Source: a virus (Duplodnaviria > Caudoviricetes). From it: a DNA stretch of 64,000 nt. How positions within the stretch are numbered: the first letter of the stretch is position 1; each line of letters begins with the position of its first letter. The notes beneath the pieces were generated by a model. The model made no database searches. It was not told where the DNA came from and was given only the letters and a program-made list of their open reading frames with translations. The translations under genes and the position numbers were made by a program. Below, piece by piece: positions 54,480 to 64,000 of the stretch. The DNA lies in the IMG/VR virus record IMGVR_UViG_3300037780_000034, positions 96,001 through 160,000 of that record. The stretch is one strand, 5' to 3'.

Positions 54480-54878
54480 TTAGAATATTTGCTTTTCTAT
54501 TTTAAGTGATATTATTTTTTCGTTTGGAACATATCTCCAATAGTATTTTCCACAGTCTTTTGTTATTCCAAATACAGTATACGTAATTCCTATTTTTACT
54601 ATTATTGCGTCTTCTCCATCTAATAAAACTTTATCACCTTCTCGGAAGGTTCCTGACATTTTAAACATAGCCCCTTTTGCTATTTTGGTTAAAAAGTCTT
54701 TTATCCAAAGAGTAATTAAAAAAGAAAACAACACCAATATTATTGGAGTCATTATTTCAGAAATTGTCATTGATATATCACCTATTGAAATCATCGTAAT
54801 ATTACTCCATTTATAAATATTATTTAATATAACTAACAAAAATATAATATATGGAGAGATTTTTATGTCAAATGACAA
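54480..54878 (-). CDS. Small membrane protein with MscS-like beta domain
   Basis: TM helix, then F.EGD.V.LDG...IVKIG; start uncertain. Confidence 0.5.
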   Translation of the reverse strand: MSFDIKISPYIIFLLVILNNIYKWSNITMISIGDISMTISEIMTPIILVLFSFLITLWIKDFLTKIAKGAMFKMSGTFREGDKVLLDGEDAIIVKIGITYTVFGITKDCGKYYWRYVPNEKIISLKIEKQIF

Positions 54879-55125
54879 AAAAACATTAATACACTATGAT
54901 TTATTTGGTGATCAATTATGTGACGAAGACGTAGTTATTGCTGCAGATGGGATTCGTGGTCAACTAAAAGTGTGTAAAATAATCAAACAAACTGAAAAAA
55001 TGATACGTGTAGAACCTATAAATAAAGATACTTACAGAGTAAGAAGCTTTTTACGATATCCAAGACATTTGATAAAAGTAGATAAAGAAAAAGCAATAGA
55101 ATATATTTTAACATTGGAATTATAA
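54865..55125 (+). CDS. Hypothetical protein
   Basis: ORF with GGAG RBS. Confidence 0.6.
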   Translation: MSNDKKTLIHYDLFGDQLCDEDVVIAADGIRGQLKVCKIIKQTEKMIRVEPINKDTYRVRSFLRYPRHLIKVDKEKAIEYILTLEL

Positions 55126-55126
55126 T

Positions 55127-55492
55127 ATGCTTCAACACAAACACTTAATTATAAGAGCAGAAGTAACCAAACCATTAATAGATGAAACTGTAGCAGAAGA
55201 ATGGATAAAAGATATAATATCTCATATAGGTATGAAAATATTAATAGGACCATTTTCAAAATATTTAGATATTGCTGGAAATCGTGGATTAACCGTAGGT
55301 GCAATAATAGAAACAAGTCACGTTATATTACATAGTTGGGATGAATGTAGTCCTGCAATAATACAATTAGATTTGTATAGTTGTGGTCCATTAGACCCAT
55401 TAAAAGTATTTGAAAAATTACAAGTGTTTGATCCAATAAAAGTAGAATATAAATTTTTAGATAGAGATAAACAATTACAAATTATAGAATAA
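55127..55492 (+). CDS. speD: S-adenosylmethionine decarboxylase proenzyme
   Basis: HKHLII, GLT, IETSH...HSW.E, QLDLYSCG. Confidence 0.8.
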   Translation: MLQHKHLIIRAEVTKPLIDETVAEEWIKDIISHIGMKILIGPFSKYLDIAGNRGLTVGAIIETSHVILHSWDECSPAIIQLDLYSCGPLDPLKVFEKLQVFDPIKVEYKFLDRDKQLQIIE

Positions 55493-55523
55493 AAGGGGGG
55501 AACATATGTTCCCCCCTTTTTTT
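55491..55523 (+). terminator. Perfect 30-bp palindrome plus T-run
   Basis: AAAAGGGGGGAACAT/ATGTTCCCCCCTTTT. Confidence 0.75.
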
Positions 55524-55568
55524 GTTTGTTGAATAAATAGTATAATATAAAGTTAAAGGATATATTAA

Positions 55569-57479
55569 ATGTTAATATCTGAAATGATAACCCTATTGGA
55601 AGCAACAAAATACGATTCTATGTTTGATGTTATTACTGGCAATAAATTAAAAACAATTCCAGATAATGTAAAACAATCGTTTAAAGATGCTATAGATACT
55701 CAGATAAATTGGGCTAGAAAATATTTAAAAAAAGAAGATAGAATTATATGGTTTTTACGAGTCTGTAAAATTCATTATTTGGAAGTAATGTTAGGAAGAT
55801 TTCCATCTGATGAAAATATGAAAAATATCAGCAATGAAAGTGACAGATTAAAATTAACAAATGAAAAAAATATCATAATAAAAGAAATAAATAAAACTTC
55901 AAACAAAGCGGGTGGATTGCAGGCAGTTAGAGATATAGGCACTGTTAGAAGAAATTTAATACATTATATTGGACAAGATCAAATTACCAGTATTCAAAAT
56001 TATGTTTTTAAAAATGAGCATCCAAACGAATTATATCAAAAATTTGAAGAATTTGAAGAAGAATGGAAAGAAAAAGTAGGAAGGGATAGTGTTACCATCA
56101 AAGAAGGTGACAAACTTATACTGGGATTTGATGGAGGCACAAAAGGATGGTGGTTGTTAGACCGTGGTGCATGTCGTGAAGAAGGTGATGCAATGGGTCA
56201 TTGCGGTAATGTTCCAAGTATCAAATCTGGTGATAGAATACTTAGCTTTAGAACCCAAATAGAAGGAAAATATTGGAAACCTCATTTAACTTTTATATTA
56301 CACGGTGATGGAACGCTTGGCGAAATGAAGGGTAGAAATAATGATAAACCTAATGAAAAATATCATCCTTATATAATAGAACTATTAAAACAATCTGATT
56401 TAATCAAAGGTATAAAAGGTGGCGGATATCGCCCAGAAAATAATTTTAGTTTAAGTGATTTGGATAAATCTGATCAAGATGATTTAATTGAAATAAATTC
56501 AAACTTAATGAATGTTTTTCAAAGATATAGAAAAAATGGATTTTCAAAAGAAATATTAGCAGAAATAAAAGATAAAAATTATGAATCAAGTTTGCCAAGT
56601 GTTGAAAGTTTTGATTATCCAACAGTTACATTAGAAGAGTGGTCCAATTTAGAAGAATTTGCAAGAAATTTTGATAATGAAGTTTTAAATTCATTAATGG
56701 CAAAAATTGATATAGAAGAAGAATTGGAAAATGATAGATTAGATGATGATGAACTACAAGAAATTGCAGATGAAATCAAAGTAGATTCAAACGATTATTA
56801 TGATATATTAGAACGATTACCACAACAAATACTTCAAACTATGGCAAATGATTTAAATCTTAATGTAGATGTTACCAATTTTAAAGGAATAGATTCTTTA
56901 TCTGAAAATATTGACAAATCAAAATATGGAGACATAATAAGACGTGCCATTGTAAAAACAAAAAACCTAAATAGTCAGCCTATTAAAGATGATCCTCAAA
57001 CAGTTGAATTTATTAATTTTTTTATGAATTCTGTAATATTAAGATCAAGTAAAATTTATAGTGCATATTTAGAATACGATGAAAATAATATTTTTGAAAC
57101 AACATTTTCTTATAAGATTAGTTTTGATGATTTTGTTAATATATTAGAAGAATCTTTTAGTAGTGGTGATGCTACCGAAGATGAAGAAGCTTTTTATATG
57201 GCACAAGATGCAATCAATGAAGGACAATGGTTATCCGTTGATAGTTATGATATATATCAAACATTAAAAAATTTAAAAAAACAAAATAGTCAATTTTCTG
57301 ATTATGACGAAGATGACAGAGAGTTGTATAATTCGTTTATAAAAAGAATAAACACTACAAACGTTGATTTATCTAATTTAAATCCAATAGAAGTTGCACG
57401 AGAAGTAGTAAGAATGATAAATTTTAATGAAAATGCAGAATTAAAAAGATTAAACATTTTAGCAGGTATTAAAAAATGA
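55569..57479 (+). CDS. Putative head protein with PcfJ-like domain, LxE leader
   Basis: MLISEMITLLEA; EGDAMGHCG...LSFR...EMKGR.N; ends LKRLNILAGIKK. Confidence 0.65.
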   Translation: MLISEMITLLEATKYDSMFDVITGNKLKTIPDNVKQSFKDAIDTQINWARKYLKKEDRIIWFLRVCKIHYLEVMLGRFPSDENMKNISNESDRLKLTNEKNIIIKEINKTSNKAGGLQAVRDIGTVRRNLIHYIGQDQITSIQNYVFKNEHPNELYQKFEEFEEEWKEKVGRDSVTIKEGDKLILGFDGGTKGWWLLDRGACREEGDAMGHCGNVPSIKSGDRILSFRTQIEGKYWKPHLTFILHGDGTLGEMKGRNNDKPNEKYHPYIIELLKQSDLIKGIKGGGYRPENNFSLSDLDKSDQDDLIEINSNLMNVFQRYRKNGFSKEILAEIKDKNYESSLPSVESFDYPTVTLEEWSNLEEFARNFDNEVLNSLMAKIDIEEELENDRLDDDELQEIADEIKVDSNDYYDILERLPQQILQTMANDLNLNVDVTNFKGIDSLSENIDKSKYGDIIRRAIVKTKNLNSQPIKDDPQTVEFINFFMNSVILRSSKIYSAYLEYDENNIFETTFSYKISFDDFVNILEESFSSGDATEDEEAFYMAQDAINEGQWLSVDSYDIYQTLKNLKKQNSQFSDYDEDDRELYNSFIKRINTTNVDLSNLNPIEVAREVVRMINFNENAELKRLNILAGIKK

Positions 57480-59179
57480 AATTAATTGAAGTAGTAGAGT
57501 TATTTGAAGCACAAAATTATGAAGAAATGTTTAATAGTGTTTATGCAATAGCACAAAAATTACCAGAAGAAAATTCTATAAAACATGTTAAAGATATGAT
57601 AATGGAAGATATCAAGTGGGCAAAGCAACAATTAAAAAAAAGTGACCGAATAGTGTGGTATCTTAGAATAATAAAATACCGATGGTTAAAACAATTAGAA
57701 CGCACAAGGTTTCCACATCTTTCAACTGAAGAAATAACTTTATTATCACAACAAATTGATAAAGAATTAAGTAAGTTAACACAAAAATATAATTATGTTA
57801 TACAAAGTAGTGACTATATAAATAGAACATTTCGTGCAACGATAGAACATTTTTTAAGTTTACCAGTTGCAAAGATTTCAAATTATGTATGGACAACGCA
57901 ACCATCAAATAAAATTATAAAAGATTTTGAAGAATTTGAAGAAGAATGGAAAGAAGCAAGTGGAGAACGTGCAGTTGATATTCAAGAAGGTGACAAACTT
58001 ATACTAGAGTTTGATGGCGGAACAAAAGGATGGTGGTTACTAGCACGTGGTGCGTGTCGTGAAGAAGGCGGGGCTATGGGACACTGCGGAAATGTCCCAA
58101 GTGTAAGAACTGGCGACAGAATACTTAGTTTTCGTGTAAAAAATCAAAATAACAAATGGACACCTAATTTAACTTTTATCTTGGATAAAGATGGTTATCT
58201 TGGAGAAATGAAAGGTCGCGGAAATGAAAAACCAGCAGCAAGATATCATCCTTATATAATAGAACTATTAAAACAAACAAAATTGATCAAAGGTATAAAA
58301 GGCGGTGGGTATGCACCAGAAAATAATTTTAGATTAAGTGATTTAAGCGAAACCCAAAGAGAAGAACTAATAAAAATAAATCCTGAATATATGGATTTCT
58401 TAGATATGGTAAAACGATTTGGTCCAGATAACAAATCAGTTATAAAAAAAGCTATTGGTATAATGGACGAATTTATATCTTATGAAAGTTATGATAGTGA
58501 AAAAAATTGGTTTGTAATAGAGTCGTGGAAAGATGCAAGTGACCTTGTATCTGATTATGGAAATGATACTGCAAAATCTATATCTGATTATATGTCAGGA
58601 GATAGATTTTACGATTTATATTATGATGTTGATGATTCGCAAATATCAACATTTCTAAATGATTTAGATAGAATAGAACGTAAAAGTGGAAAAAATGATA
58701 CAACAAAACAGCGTATAGTAGAATGGTTAAAAAACTTTGACCCTGAATTTGATCCAAATGAACAAGATTGGGTAGATTATATAATTGAAAATGATATAGA
58801 TGATATCAAAGACCCAGTTTCAAGTGCTATATTAGATGGAGAAAGAGCAGGAGCAGAATCGCAAATGTATGATTCATATAAGGATGCTGTTTTTGAATTT
58901 TCTTCACCATTAGGTGTTGGTGAATTTATTTTTGAAGAAACAGATGAAGGTGATAAAAAAATTTACGAACCTATAAAGTTTGTAATAAGAATACCAGATA
59001 TTGTGCAACTTATAAAAGATGCTAATGGTGATGAACAAGATTTAGAAGATCATATGTATGATGGTTTCTTTTATGATTCAGAAATAAAAGTAGAACAACC
59101 ATACTACGGTTGGCAAGACTATGATGAGTCTGCTGCTATAGAAAGATTTTATGAACTATTAGATGAAAGTATTGGATAA
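57476..59179 (+). CDS. Paralogous putative head protein with PcfJ-like domain
   Basis: MKLIEVVELFEA; near-identical central domain; divergent acidic C-terminus. Confidence 0.65.
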   Translation: MKLIEVVELFEAQNYEEMFNSVYAIAQKLPEENSIKHVKDMIMEDIKWAKQQLKKSDRIVWYLRIIKYRWLKQLERTRFPHLSTEEITLLSQQIDKELSKLTQKYNYVIQSSDYINRTFRATIEHFLSLPVAKISNYVWTTQPSNKIIKDFEEFEEEWKEASGERAVDIQEGDKLILEFDGGTKGWWLLARGACREEGGAMGHCGNVPSVRTGDRILSFRVKNQNNKWTPNLTFILDKDGYLGEMKGRGNEKPAARYHPYIIELLKQTKLIKGIKGGGYAPENNFRLSDLSETQREELIKINPEYMDFLDMVKRFGPDNKSVIKKAIGIMDEFISYESYDSEKNWFVIESWKDASDLVSDYGNDTAKSISDYMSGDRFYDLYYDVDDSQISTFLNDLDRIERKSGKNDTTKQRIVEWLKNFDPEFDPNEQDWVDYIIENDIDDIKDPVSSAILDGERAGAESQMYDSYKDAVFEFSSPLGVGEFIFEETDEGDKKIYEPIKFVIRIPDIVQLIKDANGDEQDLEDHMYDGFFYDSEIKVEQPYYGWQDYDESAAIERFYELLDESIG

Positions 59180-59255
59180 TACAATTAGCACTTGACACTG
59201 ACAGAATCTTATGGTATATTATCGTTATATAACAAACATATAAGGAGATAAGTAT

Positions 59256-59507
59256 ATGGGTAAGAAAAAAGGTGGAAAGAGTAAAGGATTTATTTCACAA
59301 GGTATTCACAGTAACGTTGCAAGTTCTACGCTAAATGCAATGCGCAGTGATTATCTTCAAAGTGGTGAACGTGTTATGAACCAGCTTAAAGCATTTCGTG
59401 CTGGAAAAAACGTAGTAGTTACTATTGAAAATCCTAATAAAAATGAAACAAATAAACGTTTAATTCGTGTAAATGCACGCGACATTTGGAAAAAGTTAGA
59501 GAAATAA
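59256..59507 (+). CDS. Small basic hypothetical protein
   Basis: MGKKKGGKSKG...; promoter at 59192. Confidence 0.65.
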   Translation: MGKKKGGKSKGFISQGIHSNVASSTLNAMRSDYLQSGERVMNQLKAFRAGKNVVVTIENPNKNETNKRLIRVNARDIWKKLEK

Positions 59508-60400
59508 TGAATGTTCTTGGCCTTTTCAGTGGAATAGGCGGGTTTGAATTAGGATTACAAAGAGCAGGATTTAATATTTCTGCTCTTTGTGAAATAGAAG
59601 AACCTTGTATTCGTGTTTTAAATAAAAATTTTCCAGATGTTCCAATTCTAAAAGATATATACAAAGTTAATTTAACAGAAAATGAATATGATGTATTATG
59701 TGGAGGATTTACCTGTTCAGATATATCTATATCTAGTAAAACTGGAACTGGTATAAATGGAAGTCGTTCAGGTATTTGGAAAGAATATTATAGATTAATT
59801 TGTGAAGGTAAGCCTAAATATGCGATCATTGAAAACGTCAGTGGATTGCTTGGAAGAGGACTTGAAGTCATTTTACACGACCTTGCCAAAATCGGGTATG
59901 ATGCGTGTTGGACAACGTTCGATTCAAAGTTTTTTGGAACTCCCCAACGACGCCGTAGAGTTTATATTGTGGGAATCCGTGACGGAATCCCCAACGGAAC
60001 CGATTTATTCAGGTTTAGAGAACGTAATACAGAAGAACACAGACAAACGTTGGATTCTTTCAACAACCGCTTTGAATGGGATTTTACGAAGAAGCAAGGA
60101 ATCACAAATTCCTTTGCCTACTTTACTAGACAACGCAGTGACGAATTTGCTTGTTTAGGTGTAAGTTCCACTCTTACAAAACGTGATTATAAAGACTTTA
60201 CCGATTTAGTTTATCAAGATGGAACCTTACGTAGGGTCACGCCAGAAGAAAGATTATTATTACAAACTTTTCCTATTGATTGGTTTGATGATTGTAATTT
60301 ATCAATGTCTGATAAATTTAAATTCAACGGAATGACAGTTAATGTTATAGAACATATAGGTAAGTGTATTATGGAATTTGAAAATGAAAGAAAAGTTTGA
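59507..60400 (+). CDS. DNA cytosine-5 methyltransferase
   Basis: LFSGIGG, GGFTC (motif IV variant), ENV, QRRRRVY. Confidence 0.88.
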   Translation: MNVLGLFSGIGGFELGLQRAGFNISALCEIEEPCIRVLNKNFPDVPILKDIYKVNLTENEYDVLCGGFTCSDISISSKTGTGINGSRSGIWKEYYRLICEGKPKYAIIENVSGLLGRGLEVILHDLAKIGYDACWTTFDSKFFGTPQRRRRVYIVGIRDGIPNGTDLFRFRERNTEEHRQTLDSFNNRFEWDFTKKQGITNSFAYFTRQRSDEFACLGVSSTLTKRDYKDFTDLVYQDGTLRRVTPEERLLLQTFPIDWFDDCNLSMSDKFKFNGMTVNVIEHIGKCIMEFENERKV

Positions 60401-61025
60401 TTTTAACAATATAAAAGAGTTTGATAACCATATAAGTCTTTCTATTCCTAATTATGATGGGTTATTTGATATTTTTCAAGCAATAGCGTTAGAATATATG
60501 CCAGAAGATGGAAAGTGCATTGATATAGGGTGTAGCACTGGAAAGTTTCTTAACGATTTATCTTTGCAAACAAAAGGAGATTATTACGGAGTAGATGTGG
60601 TAGATATGAAATCACCATATTACGAAAATATTACTTATGTAAATGCAGATGCTTATGATATTTTAAAACAATTTACTAATGTAGATTTAATAATATGTAT
60701 GTTTACTTTGCAATTTCTTGGAAAAACAAAAAGAAAACTTGTTGTAAATGAACTGAAAAGATTAGTAGAAAATGGTTCAAAACTTTTAATAGCAGAAAAG
60801 GTTTTTATAGGTGACGCAAAGCTTTCTTCTGTAATATACAAAGAACATATCAATCAAAAAAGAAAACATTTTTCTGACACAGATATATTAGATAAAGATT
60901 ATGCACTTCTTGGAAAAATGCAATGTCTTTCTGATTTTGATATTAATAAAGAACTTGAACATATAGGATTTCAAAGTCAAGTATGGCAAAGTTACAATTT
61001 CAAAGGATGGTTCGTAGAACACTGA
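60384..61025 (+). CDS. CmoA-like SAM-dependent methyltransferase
   Basis: FDNHI..SIPNY, DIGCSTG, FTLQFL, LLIAEK. Confidence 0.7.
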   Translation: MKEKFDFNNIKEFDNHISLSIPNYDGLFDIFQAIALEYMPEDGKCIDIGCSTGKFLNDLSLQTKGDYYGVDVVDMKSPYYENITYVNADAYDILKQFTNVDLIICMFTLQFLGKTKRKLVVNELKRLVENGSKLLIAEKVFIGDAKLSSVIYKEHINQKRKHFSDTDILDKDYALLGKMQCLSDFDINKELEHIGFQSQVWQSYNFKGWFVEH

Positions 61026-61081
61026 TAAATAGGTATTGACAGCAACTGCGATATAGTATATAGTTACTACTATGTGTTATT

Positions 61082-61408
61082 ATGCCTGAACATTGTTCAG
61101 GTATAATCTTTATAAGGAATCTAAAAATGTCAAACAGAAACACAACAAACGATATTAAATTTATTGATCCAATAACTTATGAAGTTGTATGCACCTATAA
61201 TGGGTGTTCAGAAAAATTTGAAATACATAAAACGGAAATAAAAGAAAGACACAAACCAAACAAAAAACAAGAGAGAGACATTGTTTATTTTCAACACTAT
61301 AGAAAATGCAATGAATGTGGCAAAACCATAAGACTTAATATTGATGAAAGGGCTACACGTTCAAGTAAAGCTGTAGCCATAAAAAAATCTTTAAAAGAAA
61401 AAGACTGA
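61082..61408 (+). CDS. Hypothetical Cys-containing protein
   Basis: C...C...CNEC; start uncertain. Confidence 0.5.
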   Translation: MPEHCSGIIFIRNLKMSNRNTTNDIKFIDPITYEVVCTYNGCSEKFEIHKTEIKERHKPNKKQERDIVYFQHYRKCNECGKTIRLNIDERATRSSKAVAIKKSLKEKD

Positions 61409-61473
61409 TTATATAAAAATATTTTAAATCTTTAAAGTAGGATTATAAAATGTAGAAATTAAATGAGGAAAAA

Positions 61474-61977
61474 ATGTTTACGGATACCCAAGTAGAAGAA
61501 TTAGTTGAATTACTGTTAACTTTAAATAAAAATACAAAAATATATATAGGGTGTGATTCCTATAGATTTATGAAAAAAGAAAAAAAATATGCAAAGTTTG
61601 CAACCGTGTGTATCGTTCATATGAATGGAAATAATGGTTGTAGAGTTTTTTCACATACGTCTATAGAACCGGACTTTGATTTAAAGGCTAATAGACCAAA
61701 GATGCGTATGCTTAATGAAGCAAAGAAAATTTGTGAAGCATATAATCAATTAATTCCTTTTGTAGATGAATATGATGTATCAGTTCATTTAGATATAAAT
61801 CTTGATGAACAGCATGGTTCAAACTGTGCTGCAAAAGAAGCAGCCGGATTTGTGCTTGGTATGACTGGATTGCCAGAAGAAAAAATCATATTTAAACCAG
61901 ATGCTTGGGCATCTTCGCACGGAGCAGACGGTTCTGTTCACGGTAGAACATCATCAACAAATAACTATATTATATAA
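61474..61977 (+). CDS. RNase H-like YkuK (DUF458) family protein
   Basis: YIGCDS, RML.EA, HLDIN, KPDAWASS..AD. Confidence 0.8.
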   Translation: MFTDTQVEELVELLLTLNKNTKIYIGCDSYRFMKKEKKYAKFATVCIVHMNGNNGCRVFSHTSIEPDFDLKANRPKMRMLNEAKKICEAYNQLIPFVDEYDVSVHLDINLDEQHGSNCAAKEAAGFVLGMTGLPEEKIIFKPDAWASSHGADGSVHGRTSSTNNYII

Positions 61978-62003
61978 ATATGTTTGTATAGGAACTTTGC
62001 AAA

Positions 62004-63107
62004 TTGAAAAAATATGATTTCATATTAACTGAACGTGTTAAACCCAGAATTGACCATCCTGAAGACCTTGTATGGCAGTATGGTAGTTCTGGGTTTAAAA
62101 ACGCAGTAAATGCATTAAAATATACTCAAGAAAATGAAGATTCCATCACCTTAAAATGGGATGGAACTCCTAGTCTTATATTTGGAAGAGACCCAAATAC
62201 TGGAAAATTTACACTAACTGATAAAACTGGATTCGGCGCAACCACCTATAAAGGTAGACCAGATGATGCACAAGAATTATACAATATGTTATATTCAAGA
62301 TTGCCTAATCAACCAAATAGAAGTGAATATGCAAAAAAGATTGCCATATTATGGAATTACTTTGAAAAAATTACTCCACCTACATTAAGAGGATTTTATC
62401 AGGGAGATTTATTATATGTTGGAACTCCTACTGTAGAAAATAACAATTATGTAATAAAACCAAATAAAATAACATATTCTATACCTGTAAATAGTAAATT
62501 CGGAAAAGCAATTTCTTTAAGTGTTATAGGAATAGCAGTTCATAGTTTTTTTAAAAATTATGGAATAAGTGTTCCAGAACCTGTTAATGATGTGTCTGAT
62601 TTACAAACTACAAATGAAGTATTAGTAATACCTCCGAGAATATCAACTTTAAAAGTATTTGATGTTTCTTCTCCAAAAATTTCAAATATTGATTTGATTG
62701 ATTCTTTGCTTGACCAAGTTGTATTAAAATCTAAAAAAATTAGTGATTTTAATACTTATATTGGAAAATATGTAAATCATATGGCAAGGATGGGAGATAA
62801 CAATTATGAAAATGCTCCGACAGAATTTATAAAATGGTTTGAAACTTATAAAAATGTAAGTGAAACTAAAAGAAATAAAATAAAACTTCACATAAAAGAA
62901 AATGTTGATGCATACAATAAATTGTGGGAAGCAATATCAAAAATTAATGAAATGAAAACACTAATAAAAAAGCAACTTGATAATCAAGAAAACAATATCA
63001 TTAAAGCATCTATAAGTGGAAAAAATAACCACGAAGGATATGTAGTATCGACCCCTTATGGCAAGATAAAATTGGTTGATAGATACATATTTATGAGAAA
63101 GGATTAA
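62004..63107 (+). CDS. DUF6267-like protein with ATP-dependent ligase/nucleotidyltransferase motifs
   Basis: TLKWDG (motif I), YQGDL, EGYVV, IKLVDR; TATAAATA at 61973. Confidence 0.6.
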   Translation: MKKYDFILTERVKPRIDHPEDLVWQYGSSGFKNAVNALKYTQENEDSITLKWDGTPSLIFGRDPNTGKFTLTDKTGFGATTYKGRPDDAQELYNMLYSRLPNQPNRSEYAKKIAILWNYFEKITPPTLRGFYQGDLLYVGTPTVENNNYVIKPNKITYSIPVNSKFGKAISLSVIGIAVHSFFKNYGISVPEPVNDVSDLQTTNEVLVIPPRISTLKVFDVSSPKISNIDLIDSLLDQVVLKSKKISDFNTYIGKYVNHMARMGDNNYENAPTEFIKWFETYKNVSETKRNKIKLHIKENVDAYNKLWEAISKINEMKTLIKKQLDNQENNIIKASISGKNNHEGYVVSTPYGKIKLVDRYIFMRKD

Positions 63108-63110
63108 AAG

Positions 63111-64000
63111 ATGAAAACCGAAGAATTTGAAAACAAAGAAATTATAGTCATTTATCCTGGCAGATTTCAACCATTTCATAAAGGACACCTGAAGATATAT
63201 AACTGGTTAAAATCAAAGTTTGATAATGTTTTTATCACAACCAGTAATACAACTGAATTAGATCGTAGTCCTTTTTCATTTGATGAAAAAAGAAAAATTA
63301 TGTTATTTTCTGGTGTTGGAGAAAATAGTATAATACAAGCAAGTAAACCATATAGTCCTGATGAATTATTAGAAAATTATGATCCGACTAAAACCATTTT
63401 AGTTATGGCTGTAAGTCAAAAAGATATGAGTGGTGAAAATCCAAGGTTTAGTTTTAATGATAAAAAAGATGGATCAAAAAGTTACTTTCAAAAATTTGAT
63501 ACTAATAATATGCAACCAATGGACAAACACGGTTATGTTATTGTTGTTCCAACTGTTGAATTTTCAATATTAGGAAAATCTGTTAATAGTGCAACTGAAA
63601 TACGCGATATGTTTAAAAATTCTACACCAAATATTCAAAGAAAAATCGTAAAAGATTTATATGGAAAATATTCTGACGAAATTCACGAACTATTAAGAAA
63701 AAAATTAAATATTCTTACTTCTTCATTCGTTAACGAAGCATTGGAATATCATTTAACAACAAAAACCCCTATACGTGAAAGTATTCTTAGAAGTGGAAGT
63801 AGATCGTTTTTTGATATGATAAACCATATTAAAGAAAATATAAGCAATTATTATCTTGATGAAATTGATAGAGAATTATTGAAAACTGACATTGGAGAAA
63901 TAGTTACACTAAAAGATGGCACACAGGTTCCTCTTGATCTTCCGTTTACAAGAACAGATGAAGAAATGATGGAAGCAGAATATAGAGGTAAAGATGTAAC
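63111..64000 (+). CDS. Cytidylyltransferase-family (HxGH) protein, 3' truncated (not in ORF track)
   Basis: YPGRFQPFHKGH...SPFSF..K...SAT.IR; open to the window end. Confidence 0.8.
   Translation, partial: MKTEEFENKEIIVIYPGRFQPFHKGHLKIYNWLKSKFDNVFITTSNTTELDRSPFSFDEKRKIMLFSGVGENSIIQASKPYSPDELLENYDPTKTILVMAVSQKDMSGENPRFSFNDKKDGSKSYFQKFDTNNMQPMDKHGYVIVVPTVEFSILGKSVNSATEIRDMFKNSTPNIQRKIVKDLYGKYSDEIHELLRKKLNILTSSFVNEALEYHLTTKTPIRESILRSGSRSFFDMINHIKENISNYYLDEIDRELLKTDIGEIVTLKDGTQVPLDLPFTRTDEEMMEAEYRGKDV

Noticed and set aside
1-64000. rRNA genes, IS transposases, integrase or att sites
   Set aside because: None recognisable in the window.

Overview
This is a 64-kb segment of a strongly AT-rich, large T4-like or jumbo tailed phage. 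The evidence is rIIA/rIIB, T4-type late promoters (TATAAATA), sigma70-type early promoters and densely packed + strand genes. The host is probably an alphaproteobacterium: the window has a Shemin-pathway 5-aminolevulinate synthase, a tRNA-His without G-1 and with A73, a DUF465-like protein and GANTC sites at a fixed position in five promoters. From 1 to 39.8 kb are accessory genes: NAD+ salvage (pnuC, nadR, nadM-Nudix, nadV), RNA and nucleotide enzymes, hemA, a split CCA-adding enzyme, a tandem repeat-protein array, rIIA/B and late genes with N-terminal LxE leaders. From 39.8 to 54.5 kb is a tRNA/ncRNA island with rrn-like tandem promoters and boxB/boxA, about 26 colinear tRNAs and four endonuclease genes plus a GIY-YIG/T5orf172-family gene. 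The most striking signal is a 9-copy RNA scaffold (covarying terminal stem plus WCMGCAA) that carries tRNA parts. Four copies hold circularly permuted tRNAs, three of which rejoin at position 29|30 into 74-76 nt cloverleaves with perfect anticodon stems. Two copies hold bare anticodon stem-loops and three hold partial tRNA mimics. There is also a tRNA-Asn with a tRNA minihelix nested in its anticodon loop, and a tRNA-Thr split by an endonuclease gene. Phe and Asn are the only amino acids without an ordinary tRNA in the window, and they are the ones supplied in permuted or nested form. From 54.5 to 64 kb are speD, two PcfJ-like putative head proteins, methyltransferases, a YkuK-type RNase H-like protein, a ligase-like protein and a cytidylyltransferase. 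All calls come from reading motifs by eye; no searches or folding programs were run.
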